Virus record (IMG/VR): IMGVR_UViG_3300021432_000008
Location: 1-64,000 of that record
Reading direction: 5' to 3' (one strand)
Length of the DNA stretch: 64,000 bases
DNA from: a virus
Translations under genes and position numbers: made by a program
The notes under the pieces: generated by a model
Told to the model about the DNA's origin: nothing
Seen by the model: only the letters and a program-made list of their open reading frames with translations
Databases searched by the model: none
Part shown: one piece after another, positions 55,046-64,000 of the stretch
Numbering within the stretch: position 1 is the stretch's first letter
Layout: every line of letters begins with the position of its first letter

Positions 55046-58000
55046 TGAAATATCCCCCACTTTTTGAACACGTCGCTGCACTTCGGAAAGCGCTTCACGA
55101 TCTCCGCTCGGTCGGTGTCCGTCCCGTGGACCAGCCGGAAGAACTCCGCGAAGCCCTCACGCGGCAGCGTCTTCGCGTAGTCCGACAGCCCGCCCGGCTT
55201 GATCTCGCTCTGGTACGCCTCCTGCCACTCAGGCGAAGACGAGATCTCGTACTCCGGCCCATCGACGGCATGACCGAACTCGTGGGCGTACAGTTCGCGC
55301 GCCGGCTGGCCTCTTGGCGTATCGCCGTCGAGGTGGAGGCGCTTCCGCGAGCCGTCGTAACCGCCGCCAGCGATCTTGCCGGCGAACGCTGCCAGCTGCG
55401 AGGGCGGCAGGGCGCCCTTCGTGAGATCCTGACACGAGCCATAGAAGCGATACTCTCTTGCACCTTTGTTGAATCGCTCAAGAGCCTTCGCGGGCAGGGC
55501 GTGAAGGACCTGGCTTGCAGTAGCCCGGCACGCCTGTCGCTTCGTTTCGCCAAGAGCGGCATGGCGGTTGAGGGCATCGTCCAGGCGGAAGTGGGCGGCT
55601 TCCAGCGAATGGGCGCGGGAGGGAGAGGGCTTGTCGGGTTCCGGCTCGGCGGCGGGCTTTGTGGGCTCGGTGCGCTTCATCAGGTCCATCATGGAGGAGA
55701 GGGAGCCAGCGCCTTCCGCGACGGGGTCAACCTCTCCTTTCGGCTTCCACTCGCTTTCGGTTTCTCCTCCGGTCGGCGCCTTCTCGTACCCGGCTTTCGT
55801 CAGGGCATGGGCATAGATGCGTCGGCGTCTTTCCTCTGTCACGCCGTAGTGGATGCCCAGGCCGGCTTTTGCTGCCTTGCCCAGAAACGTCTGGAACTTG
55901 TGCATCAGATCAACAGTGCCCGGTTGAAGTTTCTTATTGGTCACGTCATACGAGGCATCCTGGGTGTATTGGATATACACCGCCTTATCTTGCGGCAGGA
56001 ATTCCAGGCCAAGTTTACGACCAGCTTCCTCGACAATCACGTCATCGTCCCCGGAGTCGGGACTGACAGACTCGCCGAACACTTCCTTCACGGCAGACTG
56101 GAATGCCCGTCGTGCTTCCTTCCTCTCGGCACGGCGTTTCTCCTTTTCCTCCTCCGTCCCCGACCGCCGTTTTTCCTTGTCGGCCTTCCGGCTATCGATG
56201 GACTGCTTCAGTTCCTTCCACCGCGCCATGGCGGCGTCAGCCTTCGCAATCGCATCGTCGGGCTGAGCCTTCTGCTCCACCTTCGCCTTCTCTTCCGGCG
56301 TCGCCTTCTCCATCACGTCGCCGGGGATGAACTCGCCGCCCGTGTAGAACGTACCGCCAATCGTGACACCACCCGCCGGAGCATGGTGCGCCGCGAACCG
56401 CAGCACCATCTCGTCAGCCAGCTCGCCCTTGCCGCACTTGCGCAAGTGGTTCACCACTCTGGCCAGCCGGGCGTGACGCAGGCTGACGGGGGCGAAGGGC
56501 GGAACCGCTGGCCGCATGGATGCGGAAGGGGCAGCGCTCGATGAAGGGGTGACGGCGCCGGAGTCGGGGGCCTCGGTGGGAGGCTCCACGACCACGTCCG
56601 GCTTCACCGTGTCGTCTTGCTCCCGTGCATACCGCAGTGCCTCCGTCGCCTCCCGCATGGCCCGCAGAGCGTCGAGGAAGTCGCCCCCGCCTCCGGGCTG
56701 GCCGTTGGGCTGTTCGTCTCCTGGCGCCCCCTCTGGCGATGGTGAGCCTCCACCACCTCCCATCAATGCCGCCAGAGGGTCAGCCCCACCGCCAGCCCCC
56801 GGCGGCCCACCGCCGGGGGCACCGCCCGCGGGCTGCGGCGGTTGCACCAGCTCGTCGCCGTCCGCCGGCTTGCCGAACCCAGCCGCGTCGCGCATGTCGT
56901 CGGCGCGGGTGGGAATGCCCATGTCCACGAGTGTCTTGCCCGAAGTGACCTTCTCTTGGTCCATCTTCGAGCCGTGATCGTAGACAAACGACACGGGGAA
57001 GTCGCTTATCGTCTCGGGAAAGCTGTACTCCTGCATGATGCTGACCATGCCGGGGTTGTACGTGTCCCCCGTCATGCTCATGGCGTGCCAGGCTGCATCC
57101 TGGCGAGCAATGGCTTCTTTGGTGTCCTGCTGAAACTCCGAAGACGACTTGTTGCTGTGCCCATCGGCCGACGTGGCACTGGCGCTGCCCTCCTGCCCCA
57201 CGACGTAGCGCTCCATCTGCTTGTCGAAATACTCCACCAGCTTGATCATCTCCCCCGCGCCGGCCGTGGGCACCTCCAGACGCTCCAGCGTGGTACTTCG
57301 CTCCTGTCCGGGGATGACGGGAACGAAGAGGTTGGCGCGGTCCGACTGGTTCTTGGCCGCCGTCTGTGCGGCGTTCAGCGCTTCCACGTTGCCGGACGGG
57401 TAGGTCCAGATGTTGACGCCCAGCCCTATGCGGTCATAGAACTCAGCAACCCTGCCAAGGAAGTCTTTCTTGAGGAAGTCGCACCAGAACAGGTGCGAGC
57501 GGATGCCGACGCCGTGGATGGCGTCCCCCTGCATCGAGCCCAGGAAGAAGTCGCGGTCCTCCATGAACTGGTAGTGCAAGAGGAAACGCTTCCGCCATGT
57601 TCCGCGCAGGGAGAGTGCCCTTCCCACGGTCGTGTTGACGATGGAAGCGTTGGGGTCGAGGTGTCTCAACTCGTTCGTGTAGGCGCTGTTCACGAGGACG
57701 TAGGGGGTGCCGTCGAGCTGGTGGCCGATCTTGTCTCCCTGGACCTCCCACGCCTGCAAGACGCTGAGAGCCTTTCGCTTCTTCGCTCCCGTGCCGAACT
57801 GCTGATCCGGGTTGGGCAGCCCCATCTCGTCGAGGCGGGCGCCGTAGGCTTTCTCCGCTCCACGATCGGCGGGATCTTCAAGCATGCGCTCGCGGAGGTA
57901 GCGGAGCACGGGGTCAATGCGCATCATGGCCTGTGCAGCAGCGGGAGCGGGTGCCGGCTGCTGCTGGGTAGGCTGTTTGCCCTTGTCCTTCTTCGCGTCG

Positions 58001-58575
58001 AAGTCGTCGCGGACATCCGTCTTGCCCCACTCGATCTGCACGCCCTGCCGGCCGAACCAGATGGCCCAGTAGTGCGACGGGATGATCCGCGGCATCTGGG
58101 TGACGGCCTTCATCTGGCGCGTGAGGCTGTCCTTGACATGGACCTGCCAGGGGTCCTTCTCGTCGGGCACTTCCAGGTGCCACTTGCGGGACGATACCGC
58201 CAGCATGCGCTCCTGAAGCAAGCCGCGAAGGTAGACGTCGTTGAGCATGTCAACAGCGTCCTTGCGGCCGTGGCGCATCGCCTCATCGTACATGGTCTGC
58301 CAGAACGTGTAGTCGCCGCCCGTGGTTCTCGCGACGAAGAGGTAGCCGCCCGGCAGCGCCAGGCCGCCGGGGTGGGCGTTGCCGTCTGGGACCTTGCGAT
58401 CGGAGCGGATGGGCCGGCCCATGCCGTCCACCAGCTGGGGCGCTCCGCCTGCTGAGATGTGCTGGAGCGCCATGTCGGAGAAGGCGTTGCCCACGGACAC
58501 CTTGCCCTGCGGGTAGATGCCCGGCTCCGTGAAGGAGTGCGTCGGCTGCTGGAGTGTCGAGCGGGAGCGGGCCAT
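55042..58575 (-). CDS. Portal protein (DUF935/Mu gp29-like) fused to C-terminal domains ending in a zincin metallopeptidase
   Basis: LQERMLAVSSRKWHLE, AIWFGRQGVQIEW, HGVGIRSHLFW, FDKQMERYVVGQ; ELYAHEFGHAVD...SDYAKTLPREGFAE. Confidence 0.85.
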   Translation of the reverse strand: MARSRSTLQQPTHSFTEPGIYPQGKVSVGNAFSDMALQHISAGGAPQLVDGMGRPIRSDRKVPDGNAHPGGLALPGGYLFVARTTGGDYTFWQTMYDEAMRHGRKDAVDMLNDVYLRGLLQERMLAVSSRKWHLEVPDEKDPWQVHVKDSLTRQMKAVTQMPRIIPSHYWAIWFGRQGVQIEWGKTDVRDDFDAKKDKGKQPTQQQPAPAPAAAQAMMRIDPVLRYLRERMLEDPADRGAEKAYGARLDEMGLPNPDQQFGTGAKKRKALSVLQAWEVQGDKIGHQLDGTPYVLVNSAYTNELRHLDPNASIVNTTVGRALSLRGTWRKRFLLHYQFMEDRDFFLGSMQGDAIHGVGIRSHLFWCDFLKKDFLGRVAEFYDRIGLGVNIWTYPSGNVEALNAAQTAAKNQSDRANLFVPVIPGQERSTTLERLEVPTAGAGEMIKLVEYFDKQMERYVVGQEGSASATSADGHSNKSSSEFQQDTKEAIARQDAAWHAMSMTGDTYNPGMVSIMQEYSFPETISDFPVSFVYDHGSKMDQEKVTSGKTLVDMGIPTRADDMRDAAGFGKPADGDELVQPPQPAGGAPGGGPPGAGGGADPLAALMGGGGGSPSPEGAPGDEQPNGQPGGGGDFLDALRAMREATEALRYAREQDDTVKPDVVVEPPTEAPDSGAVTPSSSAAPSASMRPAVPPFAPVSLRHARLARVVNHLRKCGKGELADEMVLRFAAHHAPAGGVTIGGTFYTGGEFIPGDVMEKATPEEKAKVEQKAQPDDAIAKADAAMARWKELKQSIDSRKADKEKRRSGTEEEKEKRRAERKEARRAFQSAVKEVFGESVSPDSGDDDVIVEEAGRKLGLEFLPQDKAVYIQYTQDASYDVTNKKLQPGTVDLMHKFQTFLGKAAKAGLGIHYGVTEERRRRIYAHALTKAGYEKAPTGGETESEWKPKGEVDPVAEGAGSLSSMMDLMKRTEPTKPAAEPEPDKPSPSRAHSLEAAHFRLDDALNRHAALGETKRQACRATASQVLHALPAKALERFNKGAREYRFYGSCQDLTKGALPPSQLAAFAGKIAGGGYDGSRKRLHLDGDTPRGQPARELYAHEFGHAVDGPEYEISSSPEWQEAYQSEIKPGGLSDYAKTLPREGFAEFFRLVHGTDTDRAEIVKRFPKCSDVFKKWGIFQ

Positions 58576-58578
58576 TGG

Positions 58579-59379
58579 TTAATCTCCGGCGATGGCAGCC
58601 TGGGTGCGGCCGAACGAAACGCAGGCGGCAACCGCGTCTGCCTCGGCCTCTTCGCGCGTGTCGTAAGTGCGGAAAGCGCCAGCCTCGTTTGCCGTTCCTG
58701 TCGTCAGCAAACGGTAGATCACGGTCGGGAGGACGGCCTCGGCGTCGTCGCCTCCCATGAACCAGCGGACGGGGACCGCCCTGTTGTCCATGCCCGACGA
58801 TGCCGGATAGCCGGAAGGGCTCCGATCCGACAGCCTCACTTCCTCGATCGGGTTGTGCCGGAATAGCTCCCCCGCCGTCTCCATGAACGTCGCCAGCGGC
58901 AGGGTGACAGCGGCGACGAAGCCGCGGCGGAAGAAGCAGTATGGCTCTTTCGACAGCTGCTCAATAGCCTCCTTGCGCTTACCCCAATACATCGAGTGCG
59001 ACCGCCAATCTTGTATCGACGATGTATGGTGGACTCTGTCCACCAGTGCCTCAGTTCGCCTGAGCAGATCGCAGTAAGCACAATCCCCGCACGGATGGGG
59101 TTTCTGGTCCGGCCACACCTGCCGAAACGCCTTTGCCCTGCTGCACTCGTCGCCCAGCCGCGCCATCTCCAGCCCCAGCCGGATGAACTCCGCCCTCTCC
59201 GGCTGCCCGTTGTCCTCCAGCCAGTCGCACAGGATCAGGCGCGGAGCATCGTCCGCCGTGTCAGCGCAGATGCCCGCGATGAACGCCTGACAGACGGGAT
59301 CGGCGCACCAGGCGTCGCGAGCGGCGCGAATGCTCCGGTCCATTGAGCCAGCCAGGTTCTTCAGTGCGTCGATGGCCAC
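58579..59379 (-). CDS. TIGR02996 domain protein
   Basis: AFIAGICADTADDAPRLILCDWLEDNGQPERAEFIRL...FRRGFVAAV...PIEEVRLSDR. Confidence 0.9.
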   Translation of the reverse strand: MAIDALKNLAGSMDRSIRAARDAWCADPVCQAFIAGICADTADDAPRLILCDWLEDNGQPERAEFIRLGLEMARLGDECSRAKAFRQVWPDQKPHPCGDCAYCDLLRRTEALVDRVHHTSSIQDWRSHSMYWGKRKEAIEQLSKEPYCFFRRGFVAAVTLPLATFMETAGELFRHNPIEEVRLSDRSPSGYPASSGMDNRAVPVRWFMGGDDAEAVLPTVIYRLLTTGTANEAGAFRTYDTREEAEADAVAACVSFGRTQAAIAGD

Positions 59380-59383
59380 GGGA

Positions 59384-59692
59384 TTACATCTCTACCTCTA
59401 CCTCAGAGCAAGACGCCACCGGCAGCGCCACCCGCCGATGATGCGAGCACGCCGGCCAGTTCTCGGGAAGCTGGAGGTAGTACGGTATCGTCGTGAAGCC
59501 CTCCCTGGTCATGTTTATCACTACCTTCACTTCCAGCCGGCACTGACCTTGCTTCGGCACGCTCAGGTCCGCCGCCTTGCCGTTGGGCAGCGGCGCGCCC
59601 TCAACCCTGACAGCGGACAGGTCGATAGCCCCAACCGCCGGCGTCGGGTTGGGAAAGAAATGCTTGCAGGTCGCACAGGTTGTCTCGGACAT
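59384..59692 (-). CDS. Cys-containing phage protein
   Basis: CATCKHF...GQCR...ACSHH. Confidence 0.6.
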   Translation of the reverse strand: MSETTCATCKHFFPNPTPAVGAIDLSAVRVEGAPLPNGKAADLSVPKQGQCRLEVKVVINMTREGFTTIPYYLQLPENWPACSHHRRVALPVASCSEVEVEM

Positions 59693-59713
59693 GGTTCACC
59701 TTCTTCCAGATGC

Positions 59714-60259
59714 TCATCCGCCATTCCTTCTTGATCCGTCCTTGATCGTTGAAATCTGCTTGGTCGGCACATTATTGACGAGAGCGAGCCCGTGACGAGC
59801 AAGCTTGTCAATAACCTCATTGAGGCAGGTATATCCGAAGTTCTTCAAAGCAAGGAGGTCATCGGCACTTTTGGAAACCAAATCATCAACAGTGATAATG
59901 CCCATCCGGTTGAACGCTTTTCTGGCCCGAACAGAGAACGGACCAACAGAAGCAACGTGGCGTTGGTCATCTCCAATTGCCGCGCGAGCCACATCGGCAA
60001 GCCTCTCCCTGATACTAGCCTCACGCCGAATCGCTTCCGGTGGCCAGTGCCAGGTTCCAACGGCGCTGCCTTGGTCGAACGGCACATTCTGCAACGCCAC
60101 AGGCGGCCCGAAACGGCAGAACACGGTCAGGCTCATCCGTGACTCCATCCAGTGGTCGATGCCGGTGATGATCGCGGGCAACGGGTCCTTGAACCGCTCG
60201 TTCGGCTGATCGCTGTTCGGCATGTAGCGGACGATGGTTCCGATGGTTGGCAGTGGCAT
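59714..60259 (-). CDS. Fusion: phage N-domain + RNA polymerase alpha-CTD-like domain
   Basis: FSVRARKAFNRMGIITVDDLVSKSADDLLALKNFGYTCLNEVIDKLARHGLAL. Confidence 0.88.
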   Translation of the reverse strand: MPLPTIGTIVRYMPNSDQPNERFKDPLPAIITGIDHWMESRMSLTVFCRFGPPVALQNVPFDQGSAVGTWHWPPEAIRREASIRERLADVARAAIGDDQRHVASVGPFSVRARKAFNRMGIITVDDLVSKSADDLLALKNFGYTCLNEVIDKLARHGLALVNNVPTKQISTIKDGSRRNGG

Positions 60260-60269
60260 ACAGTCTCCC

Positions 60270-60680
60270 TTACCTCTTCCACAATGTTAACATCCCCGGC
60301 ACCACCTTGTTCGTGGTCCCGCCGAAAGGTCCGCCCACCGGCCGCTCCATCTCGCGGTCTTGCGGCGCCATCGCCACGAAGTTCCAGCCCTCGGCAATCA
60401 GCTCCGTCATCACGGCCCCCAGATCCGCCGTGGAGGGGACCCAGCGCTCCAGGCCAGCGGAGGCGCCGTTCTTCGGCTGGTCGCGGATAGCGTCCACCAG
60501 CACCGGGTCCTCGACGCGCCGCAGGCTCGCGGTGGGCACCGTCGTTTCCTCAAGGTAGCCCTCCAGCCGGATCACCGTGTTCTCCCCTTCGGGGCGCAGG
60601 ACCTCGGCGGGGCGGTAGCCCATGAGGACCTTGTCGCCGGGAGACAGGGCAGGATCAGACTTGCGAGGCTTGCGGGACAT
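60270..60680 (-). CDS. Hypothetical protein
   Basis: ORF in the packaging operon. Confidence 0.55.
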   Translation of the reverse strand: MSRKPRKSDPALSPGDKVLMGYRPAEVLRPEGENTVIRLEGYLEETTVPTASLRRVEDPVLVDAIRDQPKNGASAGLERWVPSTADLGAVMTELIAEGWNFVAMAPQDREMERPVGGPFGGTTNKVVPGMLTLWKR

Positions 60681-60721
60681 ACGTGGTTTCTCTTGAACGG
60701 CCATTACTTGTTCCCGTTGGG

Positions 60722-62449
60722 TTACCTGATCATGCCGCCGTACTTTGACTGTCGCCCACCCCTTGCTTGATCTGCGTAGCGGAAATGCCCGTCGTCCGAA
60801 ACGCGCGGCGATGGGGCGGCGGGCAGGCTGGAGGGAGCCTCGTAGGCGATGGGCGGGGCGTAGGCGAGGTTCAGGGCGTCCATGTCGTCGGGACTGAAGC
60901 CAAGACGTGCCTTCATGACCTGCTTCGGCTCGACCTCACAGTGACCACGGGCGTTGAGCTTCCACATGGGCGCCATCGCCTGCCCGCGCAGCGTCTCCAG
61001 GCTCGTCCGCGTCAGGTGCGACAGGTTGACGCCGAACTTCTTGCACAGGATGGCCGCCTCGAACCACAGCTCGCTCCGAGTATTGTCGTACATCGCCTGG
61101 TTGCGGGCTTGGGCGGAGGCGCGGACAGCAATGAAGTTGTAGGCGGACGCGCCGGCGGGCATCTTCGGATCGCCGCGAAGCGTGCCCGCCACGGTCGCCC
61201 CCATGCCGTCACCGTCATACTTGATGGGCAGTTCTTCGGCTCGCCACTTCGCCGCTTGCGGGTCCTTCAGGGCGTTGGCCTTCTCAGTCCACTCGTTCGC
61301 CAGCTGAATGCACCGCCCGATGGCCTGCGGAATGTCCCAGCCAGAGTGCCGCTCATGGTGCCGGGCGAACTTGCCCCAGCGCAGCACGATGGACGTGTAG
61401 TCGTCTCCCTGAAGGGCAATGTCCCAGCCGATCTGCGGGAGTACGCCCAGCGGGGCGATAAACGGTTCGGCACGGCAGGCGATCTGCCAGAGGTAGTCGC
61501 TCCAGACCCCGTAAAGACCCTGCGAGGGCCAGCAACCCAGGACCTTCGCCTGGAAGAGCGGGCCGGGGTGATACCAGCGGCCAGAGCCGGGTGGCCACTC
61601 GAAGTCTTCGGCCTGTCTCTCCTCGCCGTCAGACAACTCGTCGCACCAGTCCCCTATCCAGCCGTTGACCTGATGGAGCGACACAGCGGCCGGATAGGGT
61701 CTCACCTCTCCCTTCAGTTCCGCGTGGACGTTGGGATGGTCCAGGCACGAAAGGGTAATCGTCTGCCACTTGGGATTGCCGTCCACGTCGCGGGCGTTCT
61801 CCTCGATGTACGCCTGGCTGCTGGTGTCCAGCGGGTTCAGCGTCGAGATAAGGTAATGATTGCCGCCGGGATCGAACATGGAGTCTATGGCACGCCAGAA
61901 CTCTGTCTCGACGGCAACCGATTCGTCGATGATGAAAAGCATGTGCCGACGGTGCCGGCCGTGGAAAGCTGCCTCTTTGAAGGCCGTGTACCCCTTGGCC
62001 CAGTGCTCCTCCGATTCCCAGATGAGCGGCGCCTTCTGCCCGGAGAAGGGCAAGTCCAGGCCGACGCGCTTGGCGAGTGTACGAACTTCCGACCAGAGAA
62101 TGTCCTCGACACTCTCCTTCGTCGGCGCCGTCGTGATGGTCCAGCCCTGCGGGTAGGCGCAGTAGTGCCAGACGATGAGACAGGCATCCCAGAAGCTCTT
62201 GCCGCATGAGTGCCCGCTCTTGACCTGTACGCGGTGTGGCGGACTCATCAGAGCATCGGCGATTCCTTCCTGCTCCTCGGTCGGTTCGACGTGAAGAACC
62301 TCCCGTATGAACGGAATCGGTCTACTCTGGTATTCCGTGAAGTCACTCTGCTGCTGTGCCACCAGCAGGCGCGTCAGTGGGCCCTCGCCCCACTGCGTCC
62401 GCATGGCGTCGTAGCACAGATTCACGAACGTCTGGTCGTAGGCTGTCAA
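60722..62449 (-). CDS. terL: Terminase large subunit
   Basis: Walker A VKSGHSCGKS, Walker B FIIDES, nuclease IGWDIALQGDD, SPDDMDAL. Confidence 0.95.
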   Translation of the reverse strand: MTAYDQTFVNLCYDAMRTQWGEGPLTRLLVAQQQSDFTEYQSRPIPFIREVLHVEPTEEQEGIADALMSPPHRVQVKSGHSCGKSFWDACLIVWHYCAYPQGWTITTAPTKESVEDILWSEVRTLAKRVGLDLPFSGQKAPLIWESEEHWAKGYTAFKEAAFHGRHRRHMLFIIDESVAVETEFWRAIDSMFDPGGNHYLISTLNPLDTSSQAYIEENARDVDGNPKWQTITLSCLDHPNVHAELKGEVRPYPAAVSLHQVNGWIGDWCDELSDGEERQAEDFEWPPGSGRWYHPGPLFQAKVLGCWPSQGLYGVWSDYLWQIACRAEPFIAPLGVLPQIGWDIALQGDDYTSIVLRWGKFARHHERHSGWDIPQAIGRCIQLANEWTEKANALKDPQAAKWRAEELPIKYDGDGMGATVAGTLRGDPKMPAGASAYNFIAVRASAQARNQAMYDNTRSELWFEAAILCKKFGVNLSHLTRTSLETLRGQAMAPMWKLNARGHCEVEPKQVMKARLGFSPDDMDALNLAYAPPIAYEAPSSLPAAPSPRVSDDGHFRYADQARGGRQSKYGGMIR

Positions 62450-63026
62450 GGAACTTCTCCAGCATGTCCTTCGCATCCTTGCTGTCAATCAGCCCCGCGT
62501 GCTGCGCCAGCAGCTTCAGGGCAGCGTTTTTGTCCCACAGGCGAATCTTCTGCTTCTTGGCCATCCGACGAAGTTTGCGAGCCGGCTTTACTTTCTTCTT
62601 CGGTCGATCTTCTTCTTTCTGCTCCTCTTGTTCGGGCTCCGGCACGTACTCGAACTCGGCTTCCGTCGAAGAGATCGCTCTGGTGCCGAGCGGGTTGTCT
62701 GGATCGCTGATCCTCCCCTCTTCGTCCACGACGAAGCGGGTAACGTCGCTGGTGGCGATGATCCTTGCCTCGCGAAGAACCTCCCAGTTGCGTATCTTGG
62801 CCTGCTCGATCTGCTCCTGTTCCCCCTTCCGTATGGCCTCCAGAACGTAAGGGTTGGCAAGGATTTCGGATGCTCCGGACTTTACCGCGTCGTAGGTCTT
62901 CCCCTTGTACCCGGCTCTCTTGTAGGCAGCGACGCCGTTCAGGTCGAGAAGGTACTCGAACACGAAACGCCGTTGGCGGTCGGTGAGCCCGTCGTCTGGA
63001 TCGGGTGTAGTTTTCTTGCTTGCCAT
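62343..63026 (-). CDS. terS: Terminase small subunit
   Basis: LTDRQRRFVFEYLLDLNGVAAYKRAGY...IRLWDKNAALKLLAQHAGL. Confidence 0.95.
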   Translation of the reverse strand: MASKKTTPDPDDGLTDRQRRFVFEYLLDLNGVAAYKRAGYKGKTYDAVKSGASEILANPYVLEAIRKGEQEQIEQAKIRNWEVLREARIIATSDVTRFVVDEEGRISDPDNPLGTRAISSTEAEFEYVPEPEQEEQKEEDRPKKKVKPARKLRRMAKKQKIRLWDKNAALKLLAQHAGLIDSKDAKDMLEKFLDSLRPDVRESVLRRHADAVGRGPTDAPAGGTAAE

Positions 63027-63035
63027 TCACTGCCT

Positions 63036-63261
63036 CTACGCCTCCTTCTCCAGCTTCTTGCACACCCGCAGCGCCTCGGCCTCCGTGTACACGTCGCCGC
63101 CCTTGAGCCAGAGCGTCGGTCCCTTGCTCGGCCGGGCGTGGATCATGAAACCGAACGCTCGGAGTTGGACGTCGTTCAGTAGAGCATCGCGCGAACAGCG
63201 GTTGGTCCGACTCTGTTGAGGGCGAGTCTCGTCGATCACTTCTTGTACGGGGAAACCCATG
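63036..63261 (-). CDS. Hypothetical protein
   Basis: AAGGAGG RBS. Confidence 0.55.
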
Positions 63262-63271
63262 CGTACCTCCT

Positions 63272-63493
63272 TCACGCTCTTTCCGTTCGGGCGCCCGTCA
63301 TGAATCTCCTGAATTCGTCCGCCATTTCAGGAGAGAAGTTTGCCTTGTCGGCGTCCGTCAATTCCTCGAACTTCTTGTACCGACCGCAGCCCACGCCGGC
63401 GACAAAGGCGAAAAGCTGCCCGCATCGGCACTGAGAGATGCCAGGCTGTACGTCGAAACAGTCTTTTGTTCGATGAATACACTTCTCGTCCAT
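63272..63493 (-). CDS. Small Cys-containing protein
   Basis: AAGGAG RBS before MDEKCIH. Confidence 0.55.
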   Translation of the reverse strand: MDEKCIHRTKDCFDVQPGISQCRCGQLFAFVAGVGCGRYKKFEELTDADKANFSPEMADEFRRFMTGARTERA

Positions 63494-63503
63494 CTGCTCT
63501 CCT

Positions 63504-64000
63504 TCACTGAGGTTTGACTGGAAAGCCCACTTGCCCAAAGGGCGCCACCGTCCCGCCCCCCACCACCACGCACGACGCCGTCCACGGGCCGGGCGAGCTG
63601 AGATCCCCCAGGAACGTCCACGCCCCACCGCTGGTCCACACACCGTTGCCGACGCTGTTGTTGAGCGAGAAGTGGTCGGCGTCGATCTTCGTGATGACCC
63701 ACGTTCCGTTCGCGGCCGTGTTGCCCAGCACCCCTGTGATAGTGACCACCTGATTCGTCAGCCGGCCGTGGGCAACGCTGGTGACGACGATGGGGCTGGC
63801 GTTGCTGGCGGCGGTGATGTTGCCCGTTATCGGCGCGGTCGCCGTCGAGCCGGCCAGTGTCGTGTATGCGGCCACCGTGATGTAGGCGAACCCGGTCGGG
63901 TTGTTGGGGTCGGTGGCGCTGTTGTAGGGCGCCGGGGCCGCGATGACGCTCGGCGTGACGCTGAACGACGTACCATCGGGACGGATGAAGGTTGCCGTTG
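63504..64000 (-). CDS. Virion protein with an E1-FCCH-like beta domain (5' end outside the window)
   Basis: ITAASNASPIVVTSVAHG...VTITGVLGNTAANGTWVITKIDADHFSL; frame open to the window edge. Confidence 0.7.
   Translation of the reverse strand, partial: TATFIRPDGTSFSVTPSVIAAPAPYNSATDPNNPTGFAYITVAAYTTLAGSTATAPITGNITAASNASPIVVTSVAHGRLTNQVVTITGVLGNTAANGTWVITKIDADHFSLNNSVGNGVWTSGGAWTFLGDLSSPGPWTASCVVVGGGTVAPFGQVGFPVKPQ

Larger units (their letters stand above)
1..64000. mobile_element. Temperate tailed phage genome segment, probable Planctomycetota host; extends beyond both window ends
   Basis: Terminase, portal, protease, capsid, tail tube, chaperone, integrase, excisionase and ERF genes; dense short overlapping ORFs; no host housekeeping genes. 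Confidence 0.95.

Noticed and set aside
1-64000. Lysis cassette, replication genes, tRNAs, reverse transcriptase/DGR
   Set aside because: No supporting motifs recognised in this window; they may lie outside it

Overview
All 64 kb look like one temperate tailed phage, probably infecting Planctomycetota (Gemmataceae-like). The host inference rests on two TIGR02996-like proteins, a Gemmata-type ...HVRGCWAVDLLLGK repeat-family protein, a planctomycete-like ClpC N-domain and a DUF4190-like membrane protein. Left part (1-19 kb): early/accessory genes, including ERF recombinase, XRE HTH, CsrA, ParB-like protein, DNA methyltransferase, two RHH-like regulators at divergent promoter switches and an excisionase. 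A tyrosine integrase sits at 19-20 kb. Right part (21-64 kb, minus strand): terminase, portal fused to a metallopeptidase, giant head-associated proteins, protease/scaffold, major capsid, connector, tail tube, tail chaperone with a -1 frameshift, Cys-rich tail protein and a glycosidase-glycosyltransferase fusion. The most striking element is a compact CRISPR system at 12.9-15.2 kb with no cas1/cas2/cas6 in the window. It has a 7-repeat array (37-bp repeat) and a 384-aa TnpB/Cas12f-like protein with its own promoter. The protein's RuvC-I and RuvC-II acidic residues appear substituted, and it lacks the Zn finger and RuvC-III. One spacer translates to a tyrosine-integrase catalytic motif (YSIRHTFETIAG). 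This suggests an RNA-guided, non-cutting DNA binder used against competing mobile elements. All assignments come from reading motifs by eye; no database searches were run.
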